Positions 13,295 through 27,399 of a DNA stretch of 64,000 nucleotides are shown here, one piece after another; position 1 is the stretch's first letter; every line of letters starts with the position of its first letter. The stretch spans positions 22,382,001 to 22,446,000 of the forward strand of contig CDPCPM010000011.1 of the NCBI GenBank assembly GCA_976551045.1. The letters run 5' to 3'. The notes beneath the pieces are model-generated. The model had not been told where the DNA came from, made no database searches, and was given only the letters and a program-made list of their open reading frames with translations. The DNA comes from Glaucostegus cemiculus. Taxonomy: Eukaryota. The position numbers and the translations under genes were made by a program.

Positions 13295-13875
13295 TCGGAA
13301 CATCTTGGGTAGCCCACAGCCCAATGGTGTGAACATTGAATTTTCCATTTTCAGGTAACCAACACCCACTGTATTCCCTTCCCGCTCCTATCCACCTAGG
13401 TTCTCTCTTCCTTTGTTCACCATTTCCATTCCCCCCCCCCACTACTAGATTCAGTTTCCTCCCCCACCCGGTTCCACCTGCCCATCACTCACGCACATGT
13501 CCACCTGAGGTTCTTCTCCCTCGACCTACCCTTCCTAACCCCTCGCCCATCAGGTTCCATCTGCACATTATCCCTCACTAAGCCGGCTCCACTCATGACC
13601 TTCCGGCATCTCCTCCCCCCCCCCCCCCCATCTGACTCCATCTGTCCATTTATCTTCTTATCTGGTTCCACCTATCACCTACCAGCCCCTATCGTGCTCT
13701 TCCCTCTCACCTTATTACATGGCTACCTTCCCTCCACACTCCCAGTCACGTTGCAGGGTCTCGACCTGAAGTGTCAACCATTCCTTTCCCTCCACAGATG
13801 CTGCCTGGCCCACTGAGATCCCCCAGCAGTTTTTTTTTGCTTCCAGATTCCAGCATCTGCAGTCCCCTGCGTCAC
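13295..13875 (+). mobile_element. Penelope-like element 3' fragment
   Basis: LGSPQPNGVNIEFSIFR* resembles the GIY-YIG C-terminus, followed by a pyrimidine-rich tract and the CAGATGCTGCCTGGCC..CTGAG..CCAGCA motif that recurs at 7440-7620, 12440-12690, 15480-16365, 19890-20120, 30770-30870, 31660-31780, 36520-36615, 41695-41830, 63050-63190. Confidence 0.6.
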
Positions 13876-16800
13876 CAGGGGTTTAGAACACAGAAAAACC
13901 ACAGCACAATTCAGGCCCTTTGGCCCACAAAGCTGTGCTGAACATGTCCCTACACTAGAAATTACTGGGCATTCCCATAGCCCTCTATCTTACTTAGCTC
14001 CATGTACCAATCTAACAGTCTCTTGTAAGACCCTATCGTATCCGCCTCTACCACTGCTTCCGGCAGCCCATTCCACGCACTCACCACTCTCTGAGTAAAA
14101 TACTTACCCCTGACATCTCCTCTATATTTTATTTACTTCATTTCACTATTTTCAATTAAATGAGCATTTTTTTAAATTTTAAATATTGCTTTATTTGCAG
14201 TCATATAAATCTATGTGAATAGTTTTTGATTCTAATTGTCACATACATTTAAAAGATTCTCAAAAAACCCTTTCATACTCTTTGACCATCCTGGGGCTTA
14301 ATCACTACATGAGGCCCTGTTTGCCTGACTGGACACCTATAGGAGATGGAGGGTCAGCTCATTCACCCCCCCCGCATCCAGAAAAATGTGTGGCTGGAGG
14401 CTCCGGGCAGTAGGTCTAGGAGATTTTCCCAATCCAATGTCTCATAGGTAAAAGATATGTCACACTTCCTGTGCACTTAGGTACTCTCCTGGCTGCTTGT
14501 GTAATTATTATACAGGGAAATTAGCCCAATCTCCCTCACATATTACCATAGGGCTCTAAATAAGAATTTAAACCAATGGGTCTGAGCTTTTCAACTCAAA
14601 CAAATGATGGCATCATCGACAATGCAGCACTCCCTCAGCACTGCACTATGACGCCAGCTTACTTTGCACATACCACATTTCAGAGAGCAGCTGCAATCAA
14701 CACATACTGACTCCAGGATGAAAGCAATACCACTGTGCCAAGCTGATGTTTGCGAAGATACTAACAGGTTGAATCTTTAACCATTAGTACAGGCAACATG
14801 TAGGTTTTCTCCCCCCTCCAAAAGTGTTTCACATCACATACCAACAAAAACCCTGGTCAGCAGTAGTTCTGAAAAAGAAATGTACAGATCACTGATCCGT
14901 ATATATCCTTAAATTAAAGGCCGTTGACTAATCACAAAATGGCTCCAGTACACAATTAAACAAGAAGTGAATATCACCACTGGCTACCAAGATCCAGCAA
15001 ATCCTGAGACTGATACCAAAATGTTTGCCTTTCCATTAAAGAAAAAACTTCAATGTAATTTATTACTTACGAAGCCCTTTAGGGTAGCCTAAAGATTTGA
15101 ATGAATTGTACTTCTAATTTGGTGTTGCTCTGGGAGTACAAACACACTCCCAGGGTGCACATTCCTACTTCAATAGCCCCGCCTCTGACCACAACATCTT
15201 GTATTGGGTCTCGGCTCTGACAGTTGGTGTTGGGGTGAATGGTAAAGAGAGGCAGAAAAAAAGATCGGTTCAAGCTCCACTCCAGAAATTTGTGCAGAAA
15301 ATGCTGACCATCTTTCCAAACCCGACAGCGAGGGCATGCTTCATCACCGGAGGAGTCCTCTTTCAGACCAGCCACAAAGGCAAGGCTGTCCTCTCCAATG
15401 GATGTAAATTACCCCACATTATAAAGCACTGACGAGTTCTCCCGGCTGATATTTACCCTCAACCAATGTCACTAACATCAGCAGCAAACAATATGCTGGA
15501 GGTACCCAGTGGGGAGAGCAGCATCTGTGGGAGGAAAGGAATTAATTGCACTTTGGGTTGAAACCCTGCATCAGGACTGAGAAAGGGAAATTGTACAGCA
15601 TAAAGAGGAAGGGTTCAGGGGGTGGGGGGCAGGGGTGGGACTGTCTCTCCTTCCAATCCACCTCTGGTGTTCTCATTTTTTGTCCCCTTTCCCAAACTAC
15701 ACCCCTCCAACACCCATTTTCATCCTCCTCTCTCCCTCCTGGTTCCATCCACCTACAAGCCACACATTTCACCCACTGGACCCCTCCCCTATCTGGTTCC
15801 ATCTGTCCTTCACCTCTCCTCCCAATAGTTCCCATTATCACCCTCCTTCCTTATCAAGTTCCAGCTCTGGTAGCCTTTGTGTTCCTGCTTATCACCCTCC
15901 CAGCAGCTGTTTCCACCTTCACAACCCCACCGCTCCCTCTCCCCCCACCAGCTCCAGCTGCCTTTCTTTTGTCTGCCTCCACCTATTATACACCTGCCTC
16001 TGTCTTCCAACTTCGCCCCCTCCGCCACCTGCCTGCTAAAATGGCGCCAGAAATGTGGCGACATATGCGGGCTGCCTCCAGAACACTCTACGCAAAAAAA
16101 GGTGCATTTCACTGTGTTTCAATGTACATGTAACTAATAAAGAAATATCTATCTATCCATCCTTCACCTCTCCTCAGTCCACCAATCACCTACAGTCCCC
16201 ATCTCCCACTCTTCCCTTCCCCCTAAGTTCTGATGCAAGATCTTGACCCAAGACATTGACTTCACAATCTGGGCAGCATCCGTTGCTGCCTGGCCTGCTG
16301 AGCTCCTCCAGCAGCATCGTGATTTTCATCTAAATTCCAGCATCTGTAGTCCTTTGTTTCTCTGTCTTCACAATCTACTTCGTAGTGGCCCTCACATTTT
16401 ATTTGTCTACCTGCACTGCACTTTCTCTGTAACATTATATTTTGCATTGTTTTCCTTTTGTACTACCTGATGTACTTATGTATGGAATGATCTGCCTGGA
16501 TGGCTCGCAAACAAAAGCTTCTAACTGCATCTCGGTACAGATGACCGTCTGCGGAGGGTCATCAAGACGGCCCAAAACATCATTAGGACTCAGTGGAGGA
16601 CATCTACCAGGCCCAATGTCGGAGCAGGGCTTCAAACATCATCCGAGAACCAGCTCACCCTGCTCACCACCTCTTTAAACCACTCCCCTCTGGCAGGCGA
16701 TACAGGACAATACATGCACACACCACAAGACTGAAACACAGCTTTTTTCCCCAAAGCTGTTAAACTGTTGAACATGGCCTGACACACCTCCCCCCATACA

Positions 16801-17438
16801 TACATACATACACACACACACACAAAATGTCTTCCCCCTTCACCAGCTGGACTCACCATGGTGTTATCTAATGACCTATGCTGCTATATTGATATGCTGC
16901 TGATTATCATTACTATTATTATCATGGTTCATTTGCACACTGCCTCTTTATATTTCTATACTTCAGATTTGTGTAAGAATGTTTGTTTTTATTTTCTTAG
17001 TCAAAATCGCTCTTATCAATTTACTGTTCTGGTTTTTATTAGGCAATAGACAATAGACAATAGTGTCATGGTAATTTCGTTGTGTTGTTGTTCTGCGACA
17101 GTACAATTACAAATGAAGAAATCTTAAAATCTTGTACATGTAACAATACTACAACTCCAATTCCTTCCCCCCACCGCCAAGATGCTGCTCGATCCACTGA
17201 GTTCCTCCAGCAGATTGTGTGTTGCTGCAGACTCCAGCACTTGCAGCCCCTTGTGCCTCCGTCACTCACACCGGGGCATCTAGTTACAGTGCCATCTGCA
17301 CCGATCAGCACCCTCAACAGTACAACTGTAACTCCACTGGCAGCAGAGCGGGATGGGTTAGGTAGCTAGCTAAATGCATGCTGACGGTCCAACAGCACAT
17401 TGAGCTGGATGCACTGTCGGGCAGCAGACACACCAAGT

Positions 17439-19553
17439 TCCCCCCCCCCCCCCCCACATACCTCTCTCACACCCACACCCCCCATCCCACTTCATACACC
17501 CCCCTTCACACACCTCCCACCCCTACACCCCCCTCACACCCCACCCCTTCACACACCCCTCACACCCCCACACCAATACACCCCTTCTCACACACACACA
17601 CCCCACCCCAACACACTCCCCACCCCTACACACCCCACATCCCCCCCACCCCCCCTCCCCTTCACACACCCCCACCCCTCCCCCTTCACACACACCCCCC
17701 ACCCCTCCCCCCTTCACACACACCCCCCACCCCTCCCCCTTCACACACACCCCCCACCCCTCCCCCTTCACACACCCCCCACCCCTCCCCCTTCACACAC
17801 CCACCCCCTTCACACACCCCCCACACCTCCCCCTCCCTTCACACACCCAACCCCTTCGCACACCCCCCCCACACCTCCCCCTCCCCTTCACACACCCAAC
17901 CCCTTCGCACACCCCCCCCACACCTCCCCCCTCCCCCTCCCCTTCACACACCCAACCCCTTCGCACACCCCCCCCACACCTCCCCCTCCCCCTCCCCTTC
18001 ACACACCCCCCCTTCCCCCCTTCACACACCCCCCCTCCCCCCTTCACACACCCCCCCTCCCCCCTTCACACACCCCACCCCTCCCCCCTCCTTCACACCC
18101 CACCCCTCCCCCCTCCCCATCACACACCCCACCCCTCCCCCCTCCCCATCACACACCCCACCCCTCCCCCCTCCCCTTCACACACCCCACCCCTCCCCCT
18201 TCACACACCCCACCCCTCCCCCCTCCCCTTCACACACCCCACCCCTCCCCCCTCCCCCTTCACACACCCCACCCCTCCCCCCTCCCCCTTCACACACCCC
18301 ACCCCTCCCCCCTCCCCCTTCACACACCCCACCCCTCCCCCGCACACACCCCACCCCTCCCCCTCACACACCCCACCCCTCCCCCTCCCCTTCACACACC
18401 CCACCCCTCCCCCCTCCCCTTCACACACCCCACCCCTCCCCCTCCCCTTCACACACCCCCACCCCTCCCCCTTCACACACCCCACCCCTCCCCCTCCCCT
18501 TCACACACCCCACCCCTCCCCCTCCCCTTCACACACCCCACCCCTCCCCCCTCCCCCTTCACACACCCCACCCCTCCCCCCTCCCCCCACCCACCCCTCC
18601 CCTACCCCACCCCTCCCCCCTCCCCATCACACACCCCACCCCTCCCCCCTCCCTTCACACACCCCACCCCTCCCCCCTCCCCATCACACACCCCACCCCT
18701 CCCCCCTCCCCTTCACACACCCCACCCCTCCCCCCTCCCCATCACACACCCCACCCCTCCCCCCTCCCCTTCACACACCCCACCTCTCCCCCTTCACACA
18801 CCTCCCCCCTCGCCCTTCACACACCCAACCCCTTCACACCCCCTACCACACACACCCACCCCCCCTCCCCCTACCACACACACCCCCCCTCCCCCTACCA
18901 CACACACCCCCCCACCCCCTCCCCCTACCACACACACACCCCCTCCCCCTACCACACACACACCCCCCCCTCCCCCTACCACACACACCCCCCCCCTCCC
19001 CCTACCACACACACACCCCCCCTACCCCTACCACACACACCCTCACCCCCTCCCCCTACCACACACACACCCCCACCCCCTCCCCCTACCACACACACAC
19101 CCCCCTCCCCCTACCACACACACACCCCCCTCCCCCTACCACACACACACCCCCCCCCTCCCCCTACCACACACACCCCCCCCCTCCCCCTACCACACAC
19201 ACACCCCCCTCCCCCTACCACACACACACCCCCCCTCCCCCTACCACACACACACCCCCCCCTCCCCCTACCACACACACACCCCCCCTCCCCCTACCAC
19301 ACACACACCCCCCCCCTCCCCCTACCACACACACACCCCCCCTCCCCCTACCACACACACCCCCCCCCTCCCCCTACCACACACACCCACCCCCCCTCCC
19401 CCTACCACACACACCCCCCCCCCTCCCCCTACCACACACACCCCCCCTCCCCCTACCACACACACCCCCCCCCACCCCTACCACACACACCCCCCCCACC
19501 CCTACCACACACACCCCCACCCCCTCCCCCTACCACACACACCCCCACCCCCC
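17439..19553. repeat. 2.1-kb C/A/T low-complexity satellite (G-rich on minus strand), two sub-arrays
   Basis: Units like CCCCTTCACACACCCCACCCCTCC to about 18840, then CCCCTACCACACACACCCCCCCT; only a handful of G on + strand. Confidence 0.95.
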
Positions 19554-19870
19554 GAGACCCGCTGTTACCTGAGGCAACGGGAGCGCGGGTCCCATCACTA
19601 ACCGTCCCCTGGCAACGCCAGCACTTCCGGGGCAGCTCCCGCCGTCACCCCGCTCGCCGCGTCACGCGCATGCGCCTCCCTCCGGAGCTGAGCGCTCATT
19701 GATAAATTCCGCGGGGCTGGCGGCGCCGCTCCCGCTCGGGGCGGCGCCACTCGGTCACATGGCATCAGGCACGGTGCGTCCGACGCCTGAGCCGGACGCC
19801 GTGTCGCCGTGGCGACGGTCACCATGGCGAGAGCCCTGTTCCGCTGAGCATTGTGGGAGTTGTAGTTTTT
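19550..19870 (-). promoter_or_regulatory. CpG-island promoter and first exon of gene X (donor after 19569)
   Basis: CpG-dense; CAG|gtaac donor; CCGGAAGTG (19622-19630, ETS/GABPA), GCGCATGCGC (19666-19675, NRF1), ACTACAACTCCCACAATGC (19848-19866, ZNF143), X-box-like sites at 19564, 19604, 19803, 19818. Confidence 0.8.
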
Positions 19871-20149
19871 GTACCAAGATCCCACAACATACAGCAGCTG
19901 CTGAAATTCTGAAATAAAACGGATGAGCACTCAGTGGGAGCATCTGTGGCTGATGGACTGAGCCCTTTCTCCACAGATGCTGCCTGGCCTGTTGAGGACT
20001 CCCAACACTATCTGTTTCTGCAGTTTAGTGATAACCTGGGCACACCAGACTGGAATATGAAGCAGAAAATAAACTCCTGGAAGAACTCAGTGGGTCAAGC
20101 AACCTCTGCGGAGGTTCTGGACATCCTTCGTGTCTCAAAATGTATTATG

Positions 20150-20490
20150 GTTCATAGCACAGTACAGGCCCTTCAGCCCACAATGTTGTGCCGACATTTT
20201 ACCCTGCTCTAAGATCTATCTAACCCTTCCCTCCCACATAGCCCCCCCCCCCCCATTTTCTCTATCATTCATGTGTCTAAGAGTCTCTTAAATGTCCCTA
20301 ATGTATCTGCCCCCACAACCTCTGCAGGCAGTGTGTTCCACGTACCCACCACTCTCTGCGTAAAAACCTTACCCCTGACATCCCCCTTATACCTTCCTCC
20401 AATCACCTTAAAATTATGCCCCCTCGTGTTAGCCATTGTCGCCCTGGGAAAAAGTCTCCGACTGTCCACTCGATCTATGCCTCTTATCGA
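20150..20490 (-). mobile_element. CR1-like LINE 3' end
   Basis: ORF 20269-20469 NTRGHNFKV...FTQRVVGTWNTLP..VV.A.TL.TFKRLLD. Confidence 0.85.
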
Positions 20491-22048
20491 GAATGGAAGT
20501 TCTCAGTGATGGGCCCCTGACTAAACTGGCCGTCAGTGCACTTCTGGAGTAGCTGTCCGACACACACACACACACATACCGTCACTTCCAGGCCATGGTG
20601 TCGGTCAGAGCCCTTTGCAATAAAATATATAACATAGAGACCGATGTTAGAGTAGAGCACCAATCTGCATTCAGCAAGCTTCCAGACACAGAAATAATTA
20701 GTTCATTTGTTCTTTAAATGATAAATATTGGAAATCCTTTGCTCTTCATTTAAATAGTTGTTTTTCATCAACCTGCAGCCTTGGTTTGTTGGTTCTTCCA
20801 CAGAAGACAATAGAAATACGGGCAGAACCAGCAAAGCTGATGGGGACATCCGTGACCTCCTTCCAATGTACTCCCCGTGGGTAAGGACCTGCACACGGGC
20901 ATCCCCAGGGTGAAGCTATGGAACCACATCCAGTTAACTGGACTCATTGATGCAATTGTATAACTATGTCCTGAATAATCATCCAGTACAATGCTTTTCA
21001 GGGTTTATCCTCAAGCCAATAATAATGTTGCTTTAAGGGTTTGAAGAGAATGATTCAGGGAAGAGTGGTCCCTCCCTTCAACAGTGGAGGTCACCGTAAC
21101 AAAATGGTCAGACCCACATGTAGCCAGAAGGCAATTTAAATTTCAGGAGTACATCCAACCAGAGTCCAAAACCCTGGTTCCCACTGATTGAGGGAATCTA
21201 CAACAGGAGATGTGATTAAACGGGAGAAGAGAATGCAGAACAATAGACTTTAGAGTGAGTGGGCAAACCAAAATCCCAGAATTGAAAAGATAGAACTGGA
21301 TGGCTGTGTTTACACAGTACAGGGGCTCCCTGGTTTATGAATAACCTGACTTATGGAAATGCAACTTTATGCAAAGTCTCCCACATAAGTTTAAAGCATT
21401 TTTCAAGCTATTAGTAAAAATAGGTGTCATGTTATTCATTAATGACCGGATACTATATACTGTACATTCTATTAGTTTAGTTATGGGCACTGGGAGGGTG
21501 ATTATTCAAAGAATTATATGTGGCAAACATACTTGGAATAATAGAACATGAGTTACTATACAATGTGGATGTTTCTGACTTGCGGATAAATCAGCTTAGA
21601 GAGTTCTCAGAAACAGAACCCTTACGTAAGCCAGGGACTGCTGGTGTTGGAATTACAACACAATAAGACCATTCATTCCATCTGGTCCATATACCTCTAA
21701 GACCATTCATACTGATTCTACGTGGCTATCCTCTTCTATAAACCTTTATCCCTCCGGTTTTCCTTTAACAAACCATTCAATATACCGTGACCTGTTCTCT
21801 GCTTCAATCACAACCCCCTGCGAACGTCTCTCCCTCTCTGTCCCAAATCTTTTCTCCCGTTTAATCATGTCCCCTTTTGTAGACCCCCACAGTCAGTGGG
21901 AACCAGGATTCTGGCCTCTGGTTGGATGTGCACCGAAGGGTTAAAGACATGACCTCTGACAATTGGTCCATTCTCAAGGACAATAAATGCTGGCCTTGCC
22001 AGAAGACTATGAATAAATACAAAGATGACATCCAAGTGTCCATAAATG

Positions 22049-22054
22049 TTTATT
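22049..22054 (-). terminator. Candidate poly(A) signal of PIK3CG 3' UTR
   Basis: AATAAA on minus strand in non-repetitive sequence 1.7 kb past the stop; another at 22182-22187; usage cannot be determined from sequence. Confidence 0.3.
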
Positions 22055-22579
22055 AACTCTCAGCCAAATTGCCTTTGCTTCCTCAGTTCCACATTTCTGT
22101 AACTGATAAACAAAAGAGTTTAAAGAAACCTGCTAAGAAATTCAATGGTATAACTTCTATGTCTTTGCAATAGAGAAGTCATTTATTTTTTGACTGAAAT
22201 CATTTGCAATAGAAAAAAATCATTTTTTGTTTCCTGACTGAAATAATTTCTGGATCAGGACACACACTTCCAGAAATTCAACTAGAATTTACTGCCATGG
22301 GTCACCTGATGTTATTTTTGCGTTGGGAAACATCATTCCTGATGCAGTTCTCCTGTTGGAGTGGAACAGGAATTTGGACGACATTGTTTCTGAAGCAACA
22401 ATCTCCACTTGTTTGGGTTCACTGGAATTCTTGGGAAAATTAATTTTGTTTTTAATGCCCCTGTGATTTTTTTTCTCCTGAGCTACTGACAACACTGTCC
22501 TAAACAGTAATTTTCAATGCCTCAAAATCCAAGACAATCCCGATAGGTTGTCACCTCTACTGGAAACAAATTAAAATTT

Positions 22580-22825
22580 TTAAATTCTATTTACAGCATG
22601 GTAACAGGCCCTCTCGGCCCAACGAGTCCGCGCCGCCCATTCTAAACCCCCCAAATTAAACTTCCCATACATCTCTAGAATGTGGGAGGAAACCGGAGCA
22701 CCCGGAGGAAACCCACGCAGACACAGGGAGAACGTACAAACTCCTTACAGTCAGCGACGGGAATCGAACCCCGATCGCTGCCGCTGTAACAGCGTCGCGC
22801 TAACCGCTACACTACTGTGCCGCCC
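22580..22825 (-). mobile_element. tRNA-derived V-SINE, type A (HE1-like, CR1-like tail)
   Basis: GGGCGGCAC..TAGCGGTTAGCGCGACG head, V-domain, tail GGGCCGA..GGGCCTGTTACCA.GCTGTAAATA. Confidence 0.85.
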
Positions 22826-23787
22826 ACTATCTTATTTATATGTATATCCTAATGTATATCCTATTTTGTTTTCAGAATTTTAAATCTCCCTATCATATAT
22901 TTATCTGTAGTATCTATGTCCTCCGTTTCATATTGTTGCTTGTATTCCTATGAACAACTTTATAACTAGTTGCCAATATCAAGGAAGTGGGTTGTGAGGA
23001 AAGATTAGAGAAGGTCGCAGTCTCAAGTGAGGCTGGTTAAGGAAGGCTTCCAGATGCTCAGTCTACTTCACACAGCTTGATCTTCCAAGACTAGCTTCTG
23101 CCCTCAGTGAAATTTCAGTCCAGGCTGTGACAGCATCAGTTGGACTCCAGTTTGCGAGTAGTTCCCTGGAGTGGAGGGCAAGGACTGTAACAGAGAGCAG
23201 AGGTTGAAAGACCAGGAATATTTTAGCGACAGAGTCGTACAGAGATACAGCATGGAAATGGGACTTTTGACCCAATGAATCCATACTGACCAGCAAGCAC
23301 CCATTTACACCAGTCCTATATTAATCCCATTTTCCCTACATTCTATCAGCTCCCCCCCCCAGATTCTACTATTCATCCATGCCCTAAGGATAACTTACAG
23401 TGCTCAACTAATCTGCTCACCCACACGTCTTTGAGGTGCAGGAGGAGACCAGAGCACCCGGGGGTGTGGGGGATCACACTCGTTCGCAGGGAAAATGTGG
23501 AAAATGTGCAAATCCCACACAAACAGCACCGGAGGGTCAGGATTGAACCTGGGTCGCTGGAGCTATGAGGCAGCGGCTCTATCAGCTGGACCGCCATTCA
23601 AATGCGGGATTGGTGCTGTTGTTTTTTTTTCTATTAATGCTTTACAAGTCACGTCGTGTCCAGACCTGAGCTGACCGTACAAACTGCAGTGGGTTGGGCG
23701 GGACTCCGATGAGGCAGCAGCACGCCCCTCCGTGTGAGGGTATGTTCTGTAGTACGTGTCCTCCCTTCATCTTCCCACTTTAAGGAA

Positions 23788-24114
<327 letters not shown>

Positions 24115-24584
24115 TCACATCGGACAAGAGACACTTCAAACAAATGTTACATTGCCTGGGTCCACCTCATGTACAGGACTTTGTCCCGACATGCAAGCAG
24201 TAAACTTGAGCAGTGACGCATCCCCATAGACATTGGATTGCAATGGTCAGTGCATTGGGCACAGATCTGAATCCAAAGCTTTAGTTATTTTTCAGATCTT
24301 AAAAAAAAATTTCATTGAGGTTTGTCATGCTTAAATATTTGTTGGGCTTGACGGGATTAATATGGATGGATGCCAGTTAGTTGGCATGAACGTAGTGGAC
24401 CGAATGGCCTCTTCCCTTCTTGTATGACGCTATGATTAAGACATCTTGTGCCTCTTTTATTTTGTGGTCAGGCATTGAAGGCATTTGGGCTCATACCCTG
24501 TGCCCAAGCATGGTGCTCTCACACTCCATTACTCATGTAGAAGAGACGCAACAACACACGTTCAACTGGCTCCTTCACCAAAAA

Positions 24585-25600
24585 GTGTGAGGTGTCACAT
24601 TTTGGGAAGACAAATGAGGGTAGGACTTTCATAGTGAACGGTGCGGCCCTGGGGAGCGTTGCAGAACAGAAGGACCTTAGAGTTCAGGTACATGGTTCCC
24701 TGAAAGTGGGGTCACAGGTGTTCAGGGTGATGAAGGCAGCTTTTGGCACGCTTGCCTTAATCGTTCAGGATATCGAGTATAGAAGTTATAGAACATAGGA
24801 AAACTACAGCACAATTCAGGCCCTTTGGCCCACAAAGCTGTAACAAAGTTATAAGGTTAGGTTAACCTGTATAAGGCACAGGTAAGGCCGTACTTGGAAT
24901 ATTATGTTCAGTTTTGCTTGTCTCGTTATAGGAAATAAAGCTGTAACTTTGTTACAGCTTTGTGGGCCGAAGGGCCTGAATTGTGCTGTAGTTTTCCTAT
25001 GTTCTATAACTTCTATACTCGATATCCTGAACGATTAAGGCAAGCGTGCCAAAAGCTGCCTTCATCACCCTGAACACCTGTGACTCCACTTTCAGGGAAC
25101 CATGTACCTGAACTTGAAAGAGTGCAGAGAAGATTTGCAAGGATGTTGCCAGGAGTTGAGGGACTGAGTTAGAGGGAGAGGTTGGACAGGCCAGGACTTT
25201 TTTCGTTAGAGTGCAGGAGACTGAGAAGTGATCTTACGGAGGTGTATAAAATCATAAGAGGCATAGATAGGGTGAATGCACTCAGACCTTTCCCCAGGTT
25301 TGGGGAATCAAGAACTAGTGGGCATAGGTGTAAGGTACAAGCTGAAAGATTTAGTAGGAACTTGAGGGATAACTTTCTTTTGCACAGAGGTATGTAAGTG
25401 GAATGAGCTTCCACAGGAAGTGGTTGAGGCAGCTACAATAACAATCTTTAAAAGAGAGTTGGACAGGTACATGGATAGGAAAGGTTTAGAAGGTTATGGG
25501 CCAGACGCTGGCAAATGAGTCTATCTTGGATGGGCATCTTGGCCAGCATGGACCTGTTGGGCTGAAGGGCCTGGTTCCGCGCTGTATGACACTATAATAC
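24585..25600 (+). mobile_element. CR1-like LINE 3' portion with internal inverted duplication
   Basis: HFGKTNEGRTF...DLRVQVHGSLKV, ERVQRRFARMLPG, GLFSLECRRLRSDL. Confidence 0.85.
24681..25114. repeat. 171-bp inverted repeat, arms 24681-24851 and 24944-25114
   Basis: Arms are reverse complements with 2 mismatches by eye; 92-bp spacer. Confidence 0.92.
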
Positions 25601-26421
25601 ATAAAAACAAAATAGAGCAGCACTGATATCCACAGAGTAACAGGTTGCCCGGCAAATAAGACAATGATTGCGTTTGGAAACTACTTCTGCCATTTTCAAA
25701 CAAGTGTGTGTTCAAAAATCTCGCAGGTTGTTCCCTAAATTACACATCCCATCATCCTCGTGTAAACTTGCGTTTAAAAATCCGTTCATTGATAGAGCTG
25801 CCCTGTCGTGAGGAATGGGATGTGGTTGCAGGTACAGCTGAATATCCCGAGAATATTTTTGGATCTTTTTGACCTATGAACTGCAGAATCCTCCAGTGTT
25901 CTAGTCATAAATCTAAGTCAAACACTTATAAAATAACGTTAATGTAGAAAAACCTTTCAAAGCGCATCAGAGGAAATTTGACAGAAAGCCCCACATAGGG
26001 ATATTATTGCAGCTAACAAAAGCCTTTGTCAAAGAGCTAGGGTTTAAGGAACATCCTAAGTAAGGAGAGACAGGTGGAGTGGCAGAGATGTTTAGGGAAG
26101 GAATTCCAGAGCATAGGAAGCGGATAGCTGAAGACGTAACCAGCAAATGTGGGCATAGGAAATCTGGGATACGCAGGAAGCTAGCACTGGATGCACTAAG
26201 AGTCCAAGGGGAAAAAGGTTTTTACACCTGCGGGGGGTTACATAGATAAGAAGGGATGCAATGAAAGGATTGAAACACAAGAATGAGAATTTTTAAATTA
26301 AAGTGGGTAAACTGGATACAAGGTTAGGTCAATGCATAGAGGTAAAGCATCTTTTACATTTAGTGCAAGTTCCTAAGTATCTAGGTCTATGACCAAGGAT
26401 TTGGTTAACAGTAATATTCTA

Positions 26422-26655
<234 letters not shown>

Positions 26656-27399
26656 TTAAGTGTTCCAACATGCGTTCGTTTCACAGTCCTTCAATGGCTG
26701 CTAACGTCATTGGGAGATCTGACTGTTCAGAGGGTGAATAGTCAACAGGCACAGATTTGTAAGTAAAAGCTGCAGATGAGAGATGAGGAGTATTTAATGA
26801 GCTGCAGTCCACTGCTGGAAAGGTGTGGAAGTTGTCTTGCAAAGGAACATCTAGCAAACAAGTATGGGAATAGGATAAATCAGCTCACAGTTTCAAAGTG
26901 TTACAGGTGTGCTGAGCTGTATGGCTTCCTCCTGGACTGTCAGATTCTACAGAAATCTGTACCGTAAAACATATTTTTTACATTTACTACAAAAGCAATG
27001 GAGCTGAATTAGAAGAATTGTCCGGAATATTTTAAATCCAGAGATTAACAGATGTTGGGAAGGATGATGGACTGGACACTGTTAAAATAAATCGAGAGAC
27101 AATCAAATTTATTTCTGGAGAGGGAAGGGATTGGACTGTGTGATGGGCTAATGCAGTTAAGCTAAGGGATTGTTGGGCGTTCTTTGCTCTAACTTTATTT
27201 TAAATTATACCAAGGCTCCTTAGTACCTGTGGATGTGAATGCCATACAGTGCTAGTCACACACTACATGCACAGACTATTGCACTATGAGCATCTGTCTG
27301 CAATTACTTCATAAGAACAATGAAAGACCAACTGAAGAGAAGCTGAAGTTTAATGACTAGGGCACTTATTAAGGCAACTACTACCACCTTATAAGATAT

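Noticed and set aside
15546-16137. 195-aa and overlapping Pro/Ser-rich ORFs
   Set aside because: Pyrimidine-rich Penelope-derived tract plus a SINE tail; compositional artefact
17378-19702. 774-aa and 733-aa Pro/His/Thr-rich ORFs (extensin-like)
   Set aside because: Artefact of a G-poor satellite that almost cannot form stop codons; two frames are open at once
19699-20212. Divergent plus-strand gene from the CpG island
   Set aside because: ZNF143/GABPA/NRF1 motifs are typical of bidirectional promoters, but the + ORFs run into repeats and I found no exon chain
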